Origin: Trichoplax adhaerens
Taxonomy: Eukaryota; Animalia; Placozoa
Direction: 5' to 3'
Length of the DNA stretch: 64,000 bases
Assembly: GCF_000150275.1 (NCBI RefSeq)
Contig: NW_002060967.1
Coordinates: 186,001 to 250,000 of the forward strand
Shown: positions 39,876 to 60,471 of the stretch, piece after piece
Layout of the letters: every line of letters begins with the position of its first letter
How positions within the stretch are numbered: the stretch's first letter is position 1
Notes under the pieces: model-generated
Seen by the model: only the letters and a program-made list of their open reading frames with translations
Told to the model about the DNA's origin: nothing
Databases searched by the model: none
Made by a program: the position numbers and the translations under genes

Positions 39876-40999
39876 GGCTGCCAACGTGAACGTGCAGTTG
39901 GGAATCCAGTGCAATAGTATCCGAGTGTTTTACAGTCGACCGGTGGAGAGGATCTCGAGTCTCTACAATACAGTACACTAGCGCAATGACTCTCTTTTCA
40001 GTAGTCTAGTAGTGGTTGATTGGTTTTTCTTTTTACCCTTGGTTCAAAGTTCAAAGTCGACTGCTGGCACGGGCTCTGTTAGTAACAGTTCCAAACGATA
40101 CCAATCAACGCGGTATAATACGACTATCTGAATGTATCTATCTTCATCCAATATCAATCAATCACGTGACCCTTGGCAAAGAATGTCGACTATTTTTCAA
40201 CAAGCCACCCAAGGGAACGCTGCGATCTGGCCCAACCGGGTTATCATTATTTACTTAGGCAAATACTTGAGCCAGGTACGATTACATAGGGAATTAATTG
40301 GATTGCAAGTCACTGCATGAGAGTAGAAGAAGTAGGAACCAATCTACTACTGTACAACATGAAGAAAGTACAACAATGGCAGCCAAACTAGAGCTTATTT
40401 TGAACTACATTAGTCAACCCATTTATCCTTCGCCTCGGTATCATTGCAGTGTAGTAGGTGTACAGTATAGACTCACACAGCAGAGTTAAAGCGCATTTTG
40501 CGGCCCCGCCTCTGATTGTCATTGTACAGGACTAGTAGGAAAGTTGCACGGTAGTCCATCCAGAAGTAAAGCGGCGGGTTGTAGAACGAGTAATCATTAT
40601 TACTGTACACTACTGTATGTCAAATGGCGGTGTACTCTTTCACAAAGCACTGAACAAGCAATTGACATTGGTGAATAGTCCATTTCTACCGCAAGTGTCG
40701 GTGGAAATAGCCATTAAATCTATGCACAGTGTACGATTTAAATTGACGCCGCCATACATCAACAAAAGTCTTGCAATCCATTTCATTCCGTTTCATCATT
40801 ACGGAAGGACGCTTTGTTATTGTCGGCTCCCTTCGACTCTAAAGTCTTGATTCACTCTTTCTCCACAGTACTATATTGGACAAGACTAGCCCAAGGCAAT
40901 GGAGACCATGAAGCATTTCCATAACAACTTGGAACATTGACTGAGCTTGACCTAACGAACGGTCAACTGGTAGTAATACTAAACACTACACACACACAC

Positions 41000-42400
41000 A
41001 GTCAACAGTAGAGGTCCTTTTACACTGTACTGTACGTAATAAAAGGGACGAGGCGCTTCCAGCCAGCCTTAGTAACCGAAGAATTTTGAATGACTTTTTC
41101 AAGTTTCAGTCTACGGCATCACGTACTGTACTCCTGTACAGTGTACAGTATGCTGAAAGTACTGTAGCCACAGTACTTTGCATTCTGGCATCACCGACGA
41201 AGAGACCGTTTGCGAAGATTGACCTGCGATTACAGTATGCGCAGTATAAGTACAGTCGGCGGCAGTTTCACCCTATCATTTACCACTGCAAACTTTTACA
41301 ACTCACATGGGCATAGAAGAGATTCACTGATTGACTCCATTACCACCCTCAACAACGATTCAAAACTGCTATAAAATGGAGAAGAAAGTCTATTTTCAAC
41401 CAGCACAACCTGTCTCTCTAGCGGACAACGTAACACGCAATTTACATTAGGTAAGATTAGTAATAACTGAATAAGAACCATTTTTATTTCAATCCACGTT
41501 CATGATATTAGTGGGCTGTGACAATACTGTAAGATTACTGACGAAATCTCAAGTCATCCTATTTCGTAAAACGTTGATGCGATGCTGTCTAAATAAGTAA
41601 ATATGATTAATTTGGGAGAAAAGAAAGAATAATGGTATTGAGACGATGATGTACTCAAGGTTGAGTTTATCCGTACTCAATTTGCCCAATATATTTTCTA
41701 TTTCCCCAAAAATGATGAACGAACGATGATGACTTTTCCATAATTCCCCTGTCGGTTTGACCTCTTCAATACATTGTATATTGTCCATGTTTGGGTGCAT
41801 TCCCAATGCATACTGTCCACTGTAGTGGAGCCGAGTGCCTAGTAGACATGCAGTATAATGTACTTTTGAATAATTAATGAGTTGTCGCTTTCCCACTGTG
41901 TACAATACTACGGCTACTGTGTATCCCGCTGCCGGTACAGTACAGGATTTACTCATTGTTTCACTGTTACAGTACTGTGTGGTGTTTGTACTGTACACTG
42001 TACACTGTACACTTCAGCCTAATGCACATGGATTCCATTTTGAGAAAGCGCGCTGCTGCGTGAGTCTACTGTACGCATGGACCGCCTCTTTTCCCGGTGC
42101 TTTTTGCAGGCCGTATTGTACCGTACCGTACCAAGCTCCAGTGCATAGAAAGATTTCCCTGTAGTACTACCGTGGTTAGTACTGTGTACGAGTGCGTTCT
42201 TATGGCTCCGATCAAGTTGTTGTTGCTATATTAAGCATATTACTAACCAACAACTTGGTCCCAGTCAATACCAATATACTGTAATGTCTATTTTTATAGT
42301 TACGGCAATGTTTCTACTGGAAATTTCAAAACAGTGCTAGACTGTTCTACAAGTTTACCCACCAACTGTATACTGTAAAGGCATAGTATCTACTACCGTA
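41000..42400. promoter_or_regulatory. Divergent promoter region with TACTGTACAG-rich islands
   Basis: Clusters at ~41020-41270 and ~41890-42200 lie between the divergent minus-strand gene and PPP1R15. Confidence 0.45.
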
Positions 42401-42462
42401 TAAGGACAATAACTTGATGTTTTTGTTTGCAAAGAGACAAAAAAAAAAGTTGATTTCGGTAT

Positions 42463-42470
42463 TGACGTAA
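42463..42470 (+). promoter_or_regulatory. CRE/ATF-like element TGACGTAA upstream of the PPP1R15 leader
   Basis: Motif ~33 bp before the first uATG (42503). Confidence 0.3.
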
Positions 42471-42532
42471 AAATATTGTTTTGATTTCTTTCCTTTACTT
42501 ATATGAACGGAACTTGATCCTATCCTGTCAAC

Positions 42533-42622
42533 ATGTTGCTATGCCCTACGATAACAGCACTATTTAATACAACAGCAAATCCGAAAAGATTTAGTATCCT
42601 AAATGTTCAATTCCTGCCCTGA
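42533..42622 (+). promoter_or_regulatory. 29-aa upstream ORF in the PPP1R15 5' leader (plus short uORFs 42503-42517, 42541-42567, 42603-42626)
   Basis: ATG...TGA = MLLCPTITALFNTTANPKRFSILNVQFLP*; no ATG between 42627 and the main ATG at 42870. Confidence 0.65.
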
Positions 42623-42869
42623 TTGAAAAAGTATTCAAGTAAATTGAAACAAGAAGAAAAAGTCAAAAAAATTACAACCGTTAATCACGCGCAAATTAAT
42701 CTCTTCTAGACGTACAAGCAAGATACTATCAAAGTGGAAGAAAAATCTTGCATTATTAACCTACCGCTGTAAAGGTAAATAAATACTGTCAATTTGATTC
42801 AGTCAAGATCCTGTTGAAGCCGTCTTGTAACTTGACTTCAATCAACAACTTAGCAAAGAGATTCCTGTC

Positions 42870-44453
42870 ATGGGATTAGGAGATCTAAGACACGACGATT
42901 GTTCTGAATACGATCCCCTGATGTCGCACTGTTATAAAAGCAACGGTACCGAATTATGTCGATGTGATAGCCTCGGTTACCACCATCAGCTTTGTCATAA
43001 TCACGATTACAATGGCATTGGGCCTCCTCACCAACGCAATAGTGGCTCCATTAGCCCAAGTAGCATTGTAGATGGCAACAGCGATGACTCCGATGATTGT
43101 AATATTAATTCTCATCAATTTACGTATCGCTGTATACATTGCCCGCATCGATTATGCAACGATTCACCTAAAAATGGATCTACAGTAAACAATAACTTAT
43201 TACAACTTGAAAATGAGATTTTGCACTGTAATTTTAATGCACCAGAAATGTTATATCCAGATAACAAGCATACTAACTCCAATATAAATTACTTGAGAGA
43301 CGATAACCCTAGCAATGGTGACAAGAAATTCCAAAAGTACCAATCTACTCAAACAACGAATGAGATGGATACACTATTACTAGACGACTATGTAGAAATT
43401 ATAATTGACCAAAATAACTTTAGCCATCATGATAATGACCATCAAGAAGATACACCTTTAACAAATTTCAACTATGGCAACGATAGGAAACATGATCACC
43501 AAAATACAAGTGTAGAAATTGAAAAGTGCCAATCAACCCAAGAAAACGAGGAATTGATAGCACTGTTGCCAAACTGCAGCGTGAAAATCATCACCGATCA
43601 GGATAGCATTAATGGCAGTGACTATAGTGAAAGCGACAATGATGATGATGATGATGATGAAGATGTATCAAGTGACTACTACGACAGTAGTAGTTGTAGT
43701 GATGATGAAGAAGAAAATGAAGATGAGGAGGAGAAGGATGATGATGATGACGACGACGACGACGACGATGAAGACTTGTATCCTTGCTATGGAAGATTAT
43801 GGAGTAATTCAACTGATAGAGCGACAAACAGTGACGAAGAATTGCGTAGTTGGAGTGATGTAAGTGATGATGATGATGATGACGACGATAACCAGTCTCC
43901 AGAAGCTTTAATTAATCACGAAGAGCAACAAGAAATATGGGAATCGTTCGCAACCAGCAGTTTGTCTAACCGTCTAACGTGTTGTACAAAATCTTTAAAT
44001 AATGGTATTATCTCAGTAGGTGAAAGGTCAAAAAAAGAAAACCATCAAGATTATCGTAATAAAAATGATAGTCAGCCTGACAGTGTGAATAAGGCAACAG
44101 GCTCTAGTCGTAACGTTATTGGCTTAGATAGCAGATGTAAGTTAAAGTATGAAGAAAAGATGAAATTACGTGAAAAAGACAATCATAATTGGAGTGATGA
44201 CGATGATAGTAGTAGCCCTTCTAGACCAACTCGTGTACATTTCAAACCTGGTAAACAGTTAGAGGAGGTTCATTTGATGGTTACTTGGAATTTTGCTTAC
44301 AGAGCTGCAAGAAAGGCTACTTGGTGTCAGTATCGCATCGATCATATTCGATTCTTGAATAGAATTAAAAAAGTGGAAGAAGCGATACGATACGTTTTCC
44401 AACCACAACATCGTGAAAAAATGCTTCAGTACATTACATTATCAGCGCAATAG
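42870..44453 (+). CDS. PPP1R15: Protein phosphatase 1 regulatory subunit 15 (GADD34/CReP family), eIF2-alpha phosphatase cofactor, single coding exon
   Basis: 527-aa ORF; acidic D/E/S tracts; C-terminal PP1-binding RVHF (RVxF) followed by W...AARKATWCQYRIDHIRFLNRIKKVEEAIRYVFQPQHREKM, the family eIF2-alpha-binding signature. Confidence 0.93.
   Translation: MGLGDLRHDDCSEYDPLMSHCYKSNGTELCRCDSLGYHHQLCHNHDYNGIGPPHQRNSGSISPSSIVDGNSDDSDDCNINSHQFTYRCIHCPHRLCNDSPKNGSTVNNNLLQLENEILHCNFNAPEMLYPDNKHTNSNINYLRDDNPSNGDKKFQKYQSTQTTNEMDTLLLDDYVEIIIDQNNFSHHDNDHQEDTPLTNFNYGNDRKHDHQNTSVEIEKCQSTQENEELIALLPNCSVKIITDQDSINGSDYSESDNDDDDDDEDVSSDYYDSSSCSDDEEENEDEEEKDDDDDDDDDDDEDLYPCYGRLWSNSTDRATNSDEELRSWSDVSDDDDDDDDNQSPEALINHEEQQEIWESFATSSLSNRLTCCTKSLNNGIISVGERSKKENHQDYRNKNDSQPDSVNKATGSSRNVIGLDSRCKLKYEEKMKLREKDNHNWSDDDDSSSPSRPTRVHFKPGKQLEEVHLMVTWNFAYRAARKATWCQYRIDHIRFLNRIKKVEEAIRYVFQPQHREKMLQYITLSAQ
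43638..43890 (+). repeat. Coding (GAT/GAC/GAA)n trinucleotide tracts encoding poly-Asp/Glu
   Basis: gatgatgatgat..., gacgacgac...; explains shadow ORFs 43609-43827 and 43612-43863. Confidence 0.9.
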
Positions 44454-46645
44454 ATCATATTGGATATCTAGTCATTACGATGATAATAGGTAATATTTAT
44501 AGGTAGTAAAATAAGAGGCATGATATTGTACCACTATCTATCCTGAAAATTTTTTACTCCTATATTGTACATGATGGTATCTACTACTATCCATTCATAT
44601 TTCCTTGTGAAAACTATAATGAACTGAGAGTCATTTTTAAAACTTTCTGTCGATATGAACATTTCTATCTAAAATACAAAACAATTTATCATTACTAGCC
44701 TTAAAATAGAAGTAGCAATTAGTCTTAGAATGTGTGAATCTTACTCAAGATATCTCGAATAATGTACTGTATGATACGAGTTATTATCCATACAGCAGTG
44801 TACGGTACAGTAACGTACTGTCTTATTTTCTTAACTGCTTCACATGCTAAGCTATAGTATCTATTTGTATGTATATTGCTACCATTGTACAATATTATAT
44901 ATCTAAGTAAACATAATATATTCAAGAACGTAATGAATTATGGATATTGCTTAGCTTTACACTAATAGCATACGTTGATATTCCATGTATATTCTTCATT
45001 GTACACTCTTAATGTACGCCGGTACTGTATATGAATGATATACGTAATAAAAGAATTTTTTTCATTTTAAAATTGTAGTTGCAATTAATGACTTTGTGTC
45101 TTAATAGATAATGTACGTGTTTTATCAAAGCTCAATACGAAATCAGCTATTTGCAGGTGCTGTTGCGCCGATTAAATTTCTGACTTTGCATGATATGCAT
45201 CAGTAAACTAGATTGCATAACTAGATAAGATTAGATCCAGTGTGATACAGTAAATGATGTAAGATCACGTCACTCTAGCTTTTCTATTGCGTATACAATT
45301 TGATTTTTTTGCTAACGGAAAAGTGCACTAACTGTAAGTAGTCGTCACAACCTTCAGTATTTCCATAATGCAATCTTTGTACGCGTAGTCGTTGCAATTT
45401 TGACATGGCTCTATACTCTACAGCATACTCGTATAGAAGATCAGTGTGATTTCCAGAGATCAACAATAACATCCAGTTCTTTACGAATCGCATCATTTAT
45501 GGATTAGTAAAGATGAATAACGCTACAACGACAACCCAACTTAGTCATTGATATTATAAAGTAGCGCTTTTGATAAGATATCCCATCAAGTTATAATTGT
45601 GCATTTATGCAAAGGCACCTATGGATCAAGCGACACAAAATTACGAGCACATCCATAAATTGCATTGTTAAATACTTTAAGAATCTGTTAAAAAATCCTA
45701 CTTGAAGACCAATTTATGAGATGGAAATAATACCAGTAATTTAAAACTAAATTTCTGCGGTGTAAAAGTATTTGGAACGCCAAAACTGTTATTCGAATAT
45801 GCTTTCCGTGATGAATACAATGTGAAAACAGCAATATTACTAGCCTTAAATGAAATTAAATCTCGAAGGAGTACGCAGGGTAATAGTCATAATTTTACTC
45901 GGTAACTATTTCAAAACGTGTTTCTAACGTTAACAACCGATCACATTGCAGTATTGTATTCCTTACTGTATAAATAATATCTCACTCTAAATAAAGCCAA
46001 GCTGTGAATGACTCCCAACATAAAACTACCTAATCGTTCTCCAATAAGCGTTCAAGAAAGAGAGAGCACATTAGACTATTTTGAGCAATTAATCACAGAG
46101 TAATTAAATTGATATTTCTTTACGAACTATCGAGACCATAGACAATACAGAAAATTCTCCAATTAAATATTCATAATTTTAAACATTTTATAAAATTTTA
46201 AATATGTAAGGATACGATACAAATTATCAAAGTGTTTTATTTTACTTGTGTGCTTTCGCCAACTATCATTTGCATGCATGCGTAAGGGGCAAGGAATGAT
46301 ATAGCAAAGTAATAACGTTCGAATACAAATAATCATGCAACGTAATGCAATGATCTTGTTATTACAAAGTCAAAATATCTTTTAATCCTATATAAATTGC
46401 TTTCTACGGAAACGATTGCCACGTACTTTATATTTATAATACATAATTTTTGTAGGTAATGCTGTCAATATTTAAAGTGTCGATCGCTTTTAGTACCAGG
46501 GTAAACTCATGCGGCTTGTGCACATTCCACTGGTATAAATTAGCTAAAACATTATTTACAACAATATAAAATTTGTTACAATTGCGAAAATGCCATTCAG
46601 AAATTAGCTAATGACATTTTTATCACTTTGGAAGAATTTTAAAAT

Positions 46646-53851
<7,206 letters not shown>

Positions 53852-54246
53852 TGCGACGATATAGTTTTACTTCCCTTCTCGGCCAATAACTCGATGAGCT
53901 AGTAAGCATACAATCAAGCCTACTTTGAAGGAAATATTGAAGTAGGATTGTGTAGTAAAAATCGATCTAGCACAGTATCCAATATTGGATCCAAATTATT
54001 CCTCAATGGCCATGCCCGTTTTAGCCTGTGGTCATACTGAAATTGAAGTGTTTCCCTTGCCGACTCTGCTTTATGTACACGGCCGAGTGTCCAGTAGGGT
54101 GAACTGTAGTCTAGTCGACACTGGGATTGTAATACTAATCAAGTATCGGTGACCCTGTGACGTGCTTTGCGTCACCCCAACTCGCTTCACTGCGTGGTCG
54201 TCCACTTCTCCACGACTCGAGGACACAGTACGTTGAACCGCCTTAC

Positions 54247-54300
54247 CGTACTATGTACTCTACGCCAGCCAATCGGGCTAAGATGGCGACATGGACTGGC
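54247..54300. promoter_or_regulatory. Candidate PHF21 5' non-coding exon/promoter segment (CCAAT box, YY1-like AAGATGGCG)
   Basis: GC-richer segment; minus-strand donor ACG|GTAAG at ~54246; CCAAT 54269-54273; AAGATGGCG 54280-54288. Confidence 0.3.
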
Positions 54301-56369
54301 GGGTAGTCGTGGCCGGTAAAAAGTCACAGATAGCCAAAGGGATGCCAATCAAAGAAGGCATTTCGTTCTCAGTGACGATTGTTTGGCTATCTAGGCGTAA
54401 TCTACTTGTAGTTGTATTGCTAGAGTACGGATAGAAGCTACTCAATCAAATGATTTGAAATGATATGCGATACATCATGCACATTTTGTCTATTTCTACC
54501 TGCATGCGGGAAAACGTCTACAGTATTCAAACGCACAAGCTATTTGTTGAAGCAGACTCCGTATTGCATCATAAGATATGTATTAATTACTTCCAGTAAT
54601 AAGGAAATAGTCATAATTTGACTACGTTATGGTAGATCTGTTCTTGATCGATAGTAATCAATTAAAAAAGGATTGAGTTTTCTTGGTGACCATATCCGAT
54701 TACAAATGGAACCCCCCAAAAATACGTTATACGAGCAGTAAATGGATATACGTATTACTGTATATGAGTATATAGAGACTGTAGTTTGTATGTTAAATTG
54801 TATGGCCATTCTGAGTTTACTCGTATATGGACATAATTATGTACGGTATAAATATACTTATATTATGTACTGTATATGTTATATCCATATATATGAATTA
54901 GATAATATATCGATCGTTTTTCATATGTTACATTTTTTATCATTATATTATCAATGATTCTAATTGCTAATGCTATTGTTATGATCGTGTTGACTGAATC
55001 TGTGACTGGCTGACTATACGGCAGTCGTAGAGATTTCCCAGCAGAAACGGGCGCTTACTTATTCAGCAAAATTTTTCCAATAAAAAGATTTTTTCTTCGA
55101 TAGAAGTATGTACGTATATACAGCATGTGCTGTATATTGTATTATTAATACCATAACATACAGTACGTATGTACGACTATATACTGTATTTATTCAGCGT
55201 GCGTACAGTATATGTACAGTAAATAAATATGATATACATTTCATTATACAAATATACGATACATCTATCCTATCATACACGGTAAAATAAAAATATTTTC
55301 CCCCATATGACGAATACTTCTTTACTACGCATAAATCATGACAGAACACTGTATAGCATTGTACAATAGATGGCACTCATATGCCCGTGGCTATTTTTTT
55401 TTCTTCTTTTTGCCTTGTATGTCTTTTTTATACTTTACTTACTTTTATACTTTACTATTCTATAGTAGTGCACATACGCATATACTGTATATACCATGAC
55501 AACACAGTATAACTGTTTCAACGTCTCAACCTAAACTTATCAAGTAGAATATAAATCAACCATTCCAATTTGTGTAAATCCCTTTGAAGATGGGCATTGA
55601 AAATTAATATGGTACATGACGCTAGAACACTGTTGTCACGTGCCTCAGCTTTGGAATGCTCCGTGTTATTAGCATGTTATTAGAAATCTGGACCTTGACA
55701 TACGTAGACTCGTATAGTGCTGCATTGCTGCATACAGTACTATACTAGATATCTCTATTTTCAAGCGAAAATTGATGGAGAAAAATTAATGTTACACTTT
55801 ATACGACTGCATTATTTAGTTACTTTACTTTTTTCCTTTTGTTTTAAATACATTTAACCTTGAAGAGCACTTGATTAATTAAAGAGTAACAGTATAGAAC
55901 GTCGATGTAAACAGTTTTACTACTGTACATGTACACTGTACAGTATACTGTATAGTAATATAGTACATACTGTATTATGATATTTACCGTCAATAGTTTA
56001 ATACGAGATCTCCCGTCATATTATTAATGTATTCATATGATGAACTGTACGGGACGAAAGCGAAGGGATATTGGCTAATATTTAAGATAGAGTTGATCAT
56101 TATAAATTATGGCATAGAAATCTCATTTTATTCAACTTCTACTTCTAGCCATCTGCAATACCGTGACACCCCTATGTGATTGCAGTCGGCAAACGAAATG
56201 TTTCGGAAGTACTTGCTTGCCAATAAAATGATGATGAAGACTACGTAGAAAAAACGTGTCGTTCTAAAAGTTGCGAATGTAAGTCCGTAACATGCCCATT
56301 GTACTATACTGTACGTACTACATTTGATTATACTTACTTTCCATTGATATTCTGTAAGTATATAATATA

Positions 56370-56490
56370 AAATATATATATAGAGAGAGAGAGAGAGAGT
56401 GTACATATATATATATATATTATAAATAAATATACTCGTATATATATTTATATACAGTATACATATATATATTATATATCATATATTATA
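56370..56490. repeat. (TA)n/(GA)n microsatellite
   Basis: atatatatatagagagagagagagagagtgtacatatatatat... Confidence 0.85.
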
Positions 56491-57434
56491 TTTTGTACCG
56501 CAAATTTTGAAATGTAAAAATTTAGAAAAGAAAGGCCACAATCATCAGAATTGTTGACTGGGTTGACGGCGGTGAAGATATCATTATTGGTCCAAGGCAT
56601 ATGACATCATTTTTTACCATGGATTTACGCGCAGTAGCCATCAGTCATCACTCATCAGATCATTAGCTACGATAGGTAATGACCTCCACGATCGCAGCCT
56701 TTGAGTGAAATCGTTTTTCCACTACTGTTCGCAACACACCACCATGGACTACTAGATGCTTCAGCAAAAGTACACAACGTATGAATTAAAACTACCGGTT
56801 TTATTCTGGCCGGAAATAGCCCATCAATGGTACTATAAATAAAAGTCTCCACTTTCGTATACTTGTGCAGTACGACTGTATGTTACTGTTTTTATAGGTG
56901 TATCATTTCTTTTAAAAATCTGTGGTATCATCAAGGACTACTCGATAAATTTTATCCTCCTTACTAAAATAAATGATACTCCACTAATTCCAACTAGTTT
57001 CACCAGGAATTTGGAAAGAAATTCTCTGAATAGAGAACTCTCAAGTTTCATGTACTGTACTGTACAGTACTGTACACTTTGGAGGGATTAGGGGAGCCCA
57101 ACCTACTGTAGTCTAATTATTTTCAATGGCACCCCTTCGTTCAAAAAATCAAAGTTGTATTTCGTTGCAATTCCTGTATAATATTTATATATACCCGTAG
57201 AAGGATATCTCCACAGATATTAGACTATAACTACACGTAGAATTGATCTAGTTTGGGCCTGATTTAACTTCCACACTTCATCTTTTCAAGGTGCCATGGA
57301 AATTAATCAGAGTGTACAGTGTACAATACAAAGCCTACTAAGTACTGTAATGTATTGAACGGTACTGTAGTGGATAATCACTCGGCGTGTTACTGTACTG
57401 AAGCGAGTAGGCGATCTTCTCCAAGCTGAGGGAA

Positions 57435-60400
57435 ATGGCTAAACGAGGTGCTAATAAGCAGTTAACGGACATGAACTATCTCAATGATAGCGATGAGGAC
57501 GATGGACAAGAGGTATCTACAGCTATTCTATTTCATAATGTTGTACTTAGATGCAAGTAAAATTAGAGTAAGCTGAAAATTCTATTAGATGAGAATGTAC
57601 ACGTATAAGTTGATCCACTATAATCATGATCGGAGTCGATTTTAGATTAGATTAATTAAATCAATTTTAGGATACTGTACTCTACTACTCTACTTGTAAA
57701 GCGTAGTTGATGAATGATGGAGAGAAAGAAGATCATTGACATTGAGTATGCAACTCTTCTTGACCCAGTTAAACTTACCATGATTTTTAAAATGACTTAG
57801 TGGGTACTTACAACTGCTAGGCATCATAAATAGTACCCCCTGCTCGTGCTATTCGGAAATAGCTTCTGCCTTCGTGATGGAAGTGCTGCAACGGTAGTAT
57901 TATGGAACATACGAGTACTCTAATTTTCTTATCGAAAAGCCAGCGGAACTGTGCCCCAGCAACATCATTGAGGGAAATTTTAAACATGATGCACTATTAA
58001 AATAGATCAAGTGTAGGCAGTGGATTATCGGCATGCTTAGCACAGGACAGTGCCTAAAAGCACAGTACGAGCATAGATATGCGTACATCGCGATGGAATA
58101 AAGTTCATCGATGTACCATTAGTATAGACTGAAATCCTGACGTTACATTAAAAAGACTAATTTTGAATAATGTTACGCTTTCAACAAAGTTCTACTCGTT
58201 CATGGATGGTAGCGTGTGTTGACTTTCACATTAGCAGTTGATCAATACAGTATGTGTAAATTAGTAGGAAACATCATCAAGATTGGTTCAAATTGTATTG
58301 AAAATCGCTCTTATCCTCAGACCACATTTCTGGGTACATCTCAATGGAGGTTATCTAGATGTTCTACACATTTATTAAGAAAATGGTCATAAAATTGCCA
58401 ATTTCATGTAGAATTATCGATAGGCTAACATCATACAGGATAGCCATTGAGAAATAAAGTACTGTATGTGTATCTGTCCTTCTCATCATTTAAACCATGC
58501 ATAAATGTAACTAAATAGAGCACATGCGACTACAGTGATAGCAAATCTACTAGTCAAATCATATATCCTTATAAAGAAATAAATATCCGCTATGATATAA
58601 TTGATATATCCGTAACCAGTTGATGACTAATTTTCTAGAATTAATACCATCAGCAAGTGCTGTAGTTGTTTATCTAATAGCTGCATTTATTCTGTAATAT
58701 TATTCTAGTATGCGTACGTAAGAGTTTCATGTATTTATTACCATCGGGTGTATGGTTACTTTCTGATGTAACACTAAACTTGAAATCAATTAATCCTAAT
58801 GTTAGGAGCAGTGGAGCGCGGCTAGCAATAAAAAGTTGAAGGACCGTGTGTGAGTTATATCTCCGTCGTAACACTTGCAATCGTTCATTTTCAAAAACTG
58901 CAACGTAGTGATTACTGTATTTAATTACTGTTTTAAACAATGAATTATTTATTGTGTTATATAAATATCAATCCATTGAGTATTATCTACTGTAAATGGC
59001 TTTCTGATCTTAATCTACTGACTGTAATTTTATCAAAATACATAATCAGGATTAGGAAAGTAAAAAGGGGACGTAATGCTCCCACAACCAATAACAATGA
59101 AAATGTAAGTAACATATATGTCGTAGGTAAAGATTTCAACATGTGTCTGTCTTATCCAGCTAAGTAACATTACTTGATGGATGCTTGCTTAGGCTAGTAG
59201 AAGCGGAGCATTTAAGCTATTTTCGGGATTCAAGACGGAAAATTCTGCCGCAAAACCTAATTTCCAATCCAACTTTAAGGCTGGCGACTTTAATCCGCCT
59301 GACTCAAAGATTCCCCTGCAACAACCGTCAAAACTAAGTAAGCTATGACTTGAATCTAAACCAACAGTATATATTCATTTTTTAAATTATGCCTAAACAA
59401 AGTGAACTATGGCATGCACCGTGGCCGACAATCTATTATTAAATGATACAATTATTTCTAATTCCTTTTATATTAAACCTTAAAGTATCATTTAAAACGG
59501 ATGAAACTTCTAAGTTTGGTTCACCGTTTGTAGCTGCTGATCAAAAACAATCTGGTATAGCTCTATATCAACACCATTGTCTTTACATATTATCATAACA
59601 CAACGTTGCTAACGCTGTCTTGCTTGATATCTTGACCTTAGATAATGAAAGTAAATATCACAAAAAGATTGCAAGCCTGAACAGGTCTTTTCTCAGGCAC
59701 ATTCAAAGTAGCCTAGATGATAACTTATTGGTCGATCTTTCACCTCTATTTACTGAATATACACAATATATGAAAAAGATCGAAACGGATCGAAGTAAGG
59801 TCACTAACACCGTCGATAGCGTTGCTAAATCATCCATTGGTACTTTGGATAGCAATATCGATTCAAAACCAAGCATTACTAAAGCAGCATTTAGTTTTGT
59901 ACCTACAACTTCGAAATCAATTCCGTCATTACCAACCACAACTAGTTTCGCTACTACTAATTTTCGATTCGCTCCTAGTTCTTCGGCATCAAGTAGTAGC
60001 GAGGTAAATAAACCAGCTCCCCCAACAGGTACTAGTGGCAGTGGTGATACAGCTGGAAATACAGGTGAAGAGTTTGCACCGGAAGGATTCCTCCCAACTT
60101 CTAAACCATTAGTTACTGAAGATGATGCAATATTCTCTGCCCGGTGTAAATTATTTTATAAATTGAAGAAAGATGATAAAGACTGGAAAGAACGCGGCGT
60201 AGGAACGATATATCTGAAAAAAACTGAAACGAGCGGCTTGCAATTAGTCATTAGAAATGATTCATCTCTAGGAAATATATTGCTAAATATAGCAGTATCG
60301 AAAACATTTCCAATGTCTATCGTGAAAGAAAAAAATCTTTCTTTCATTACTGTAGCTAATCCTCCAATTGATCCGAAAGATGTATCTACTGACCCTACTA

Positions 60401-60471
60401 CATTTTTAATGAGACTAAAGTCAGCTACAGATGCAACATCATTGCATGACCATATAAAAGGATCTGCTTGA
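57435..60471 (+). CDS. NUP50: Nuclear pore complex protein Nup50
   Basis: Exons 57435-57512 (MAKRGANKQLTDMNY...), ~58806-58849 (EQWSAASNKKLKDRV), 59050-59104 (IRKVKRG), ~59193-59337 (GAFKLFSGF), ~59486-59553, 59642-60471 (YHKKIASLNRSF...DLSPLFTEY; RanBD1 EDDAIFSARCKLFY...WKERGVGTIYLK...QLVIRND..LGNILLN). Confidence 0.93.

Noticed and set aside
41549-42164. 149-aa and 95-aa ORFs in the divergent promoter region
   Set aside because: Partly low-complexity, no recognisable domain or splice support
43609-43863. Poly-His/Arg and poly-Met ORFs
   Set aside because: Shadow frames of the poly-Asp codons of PPP1R15
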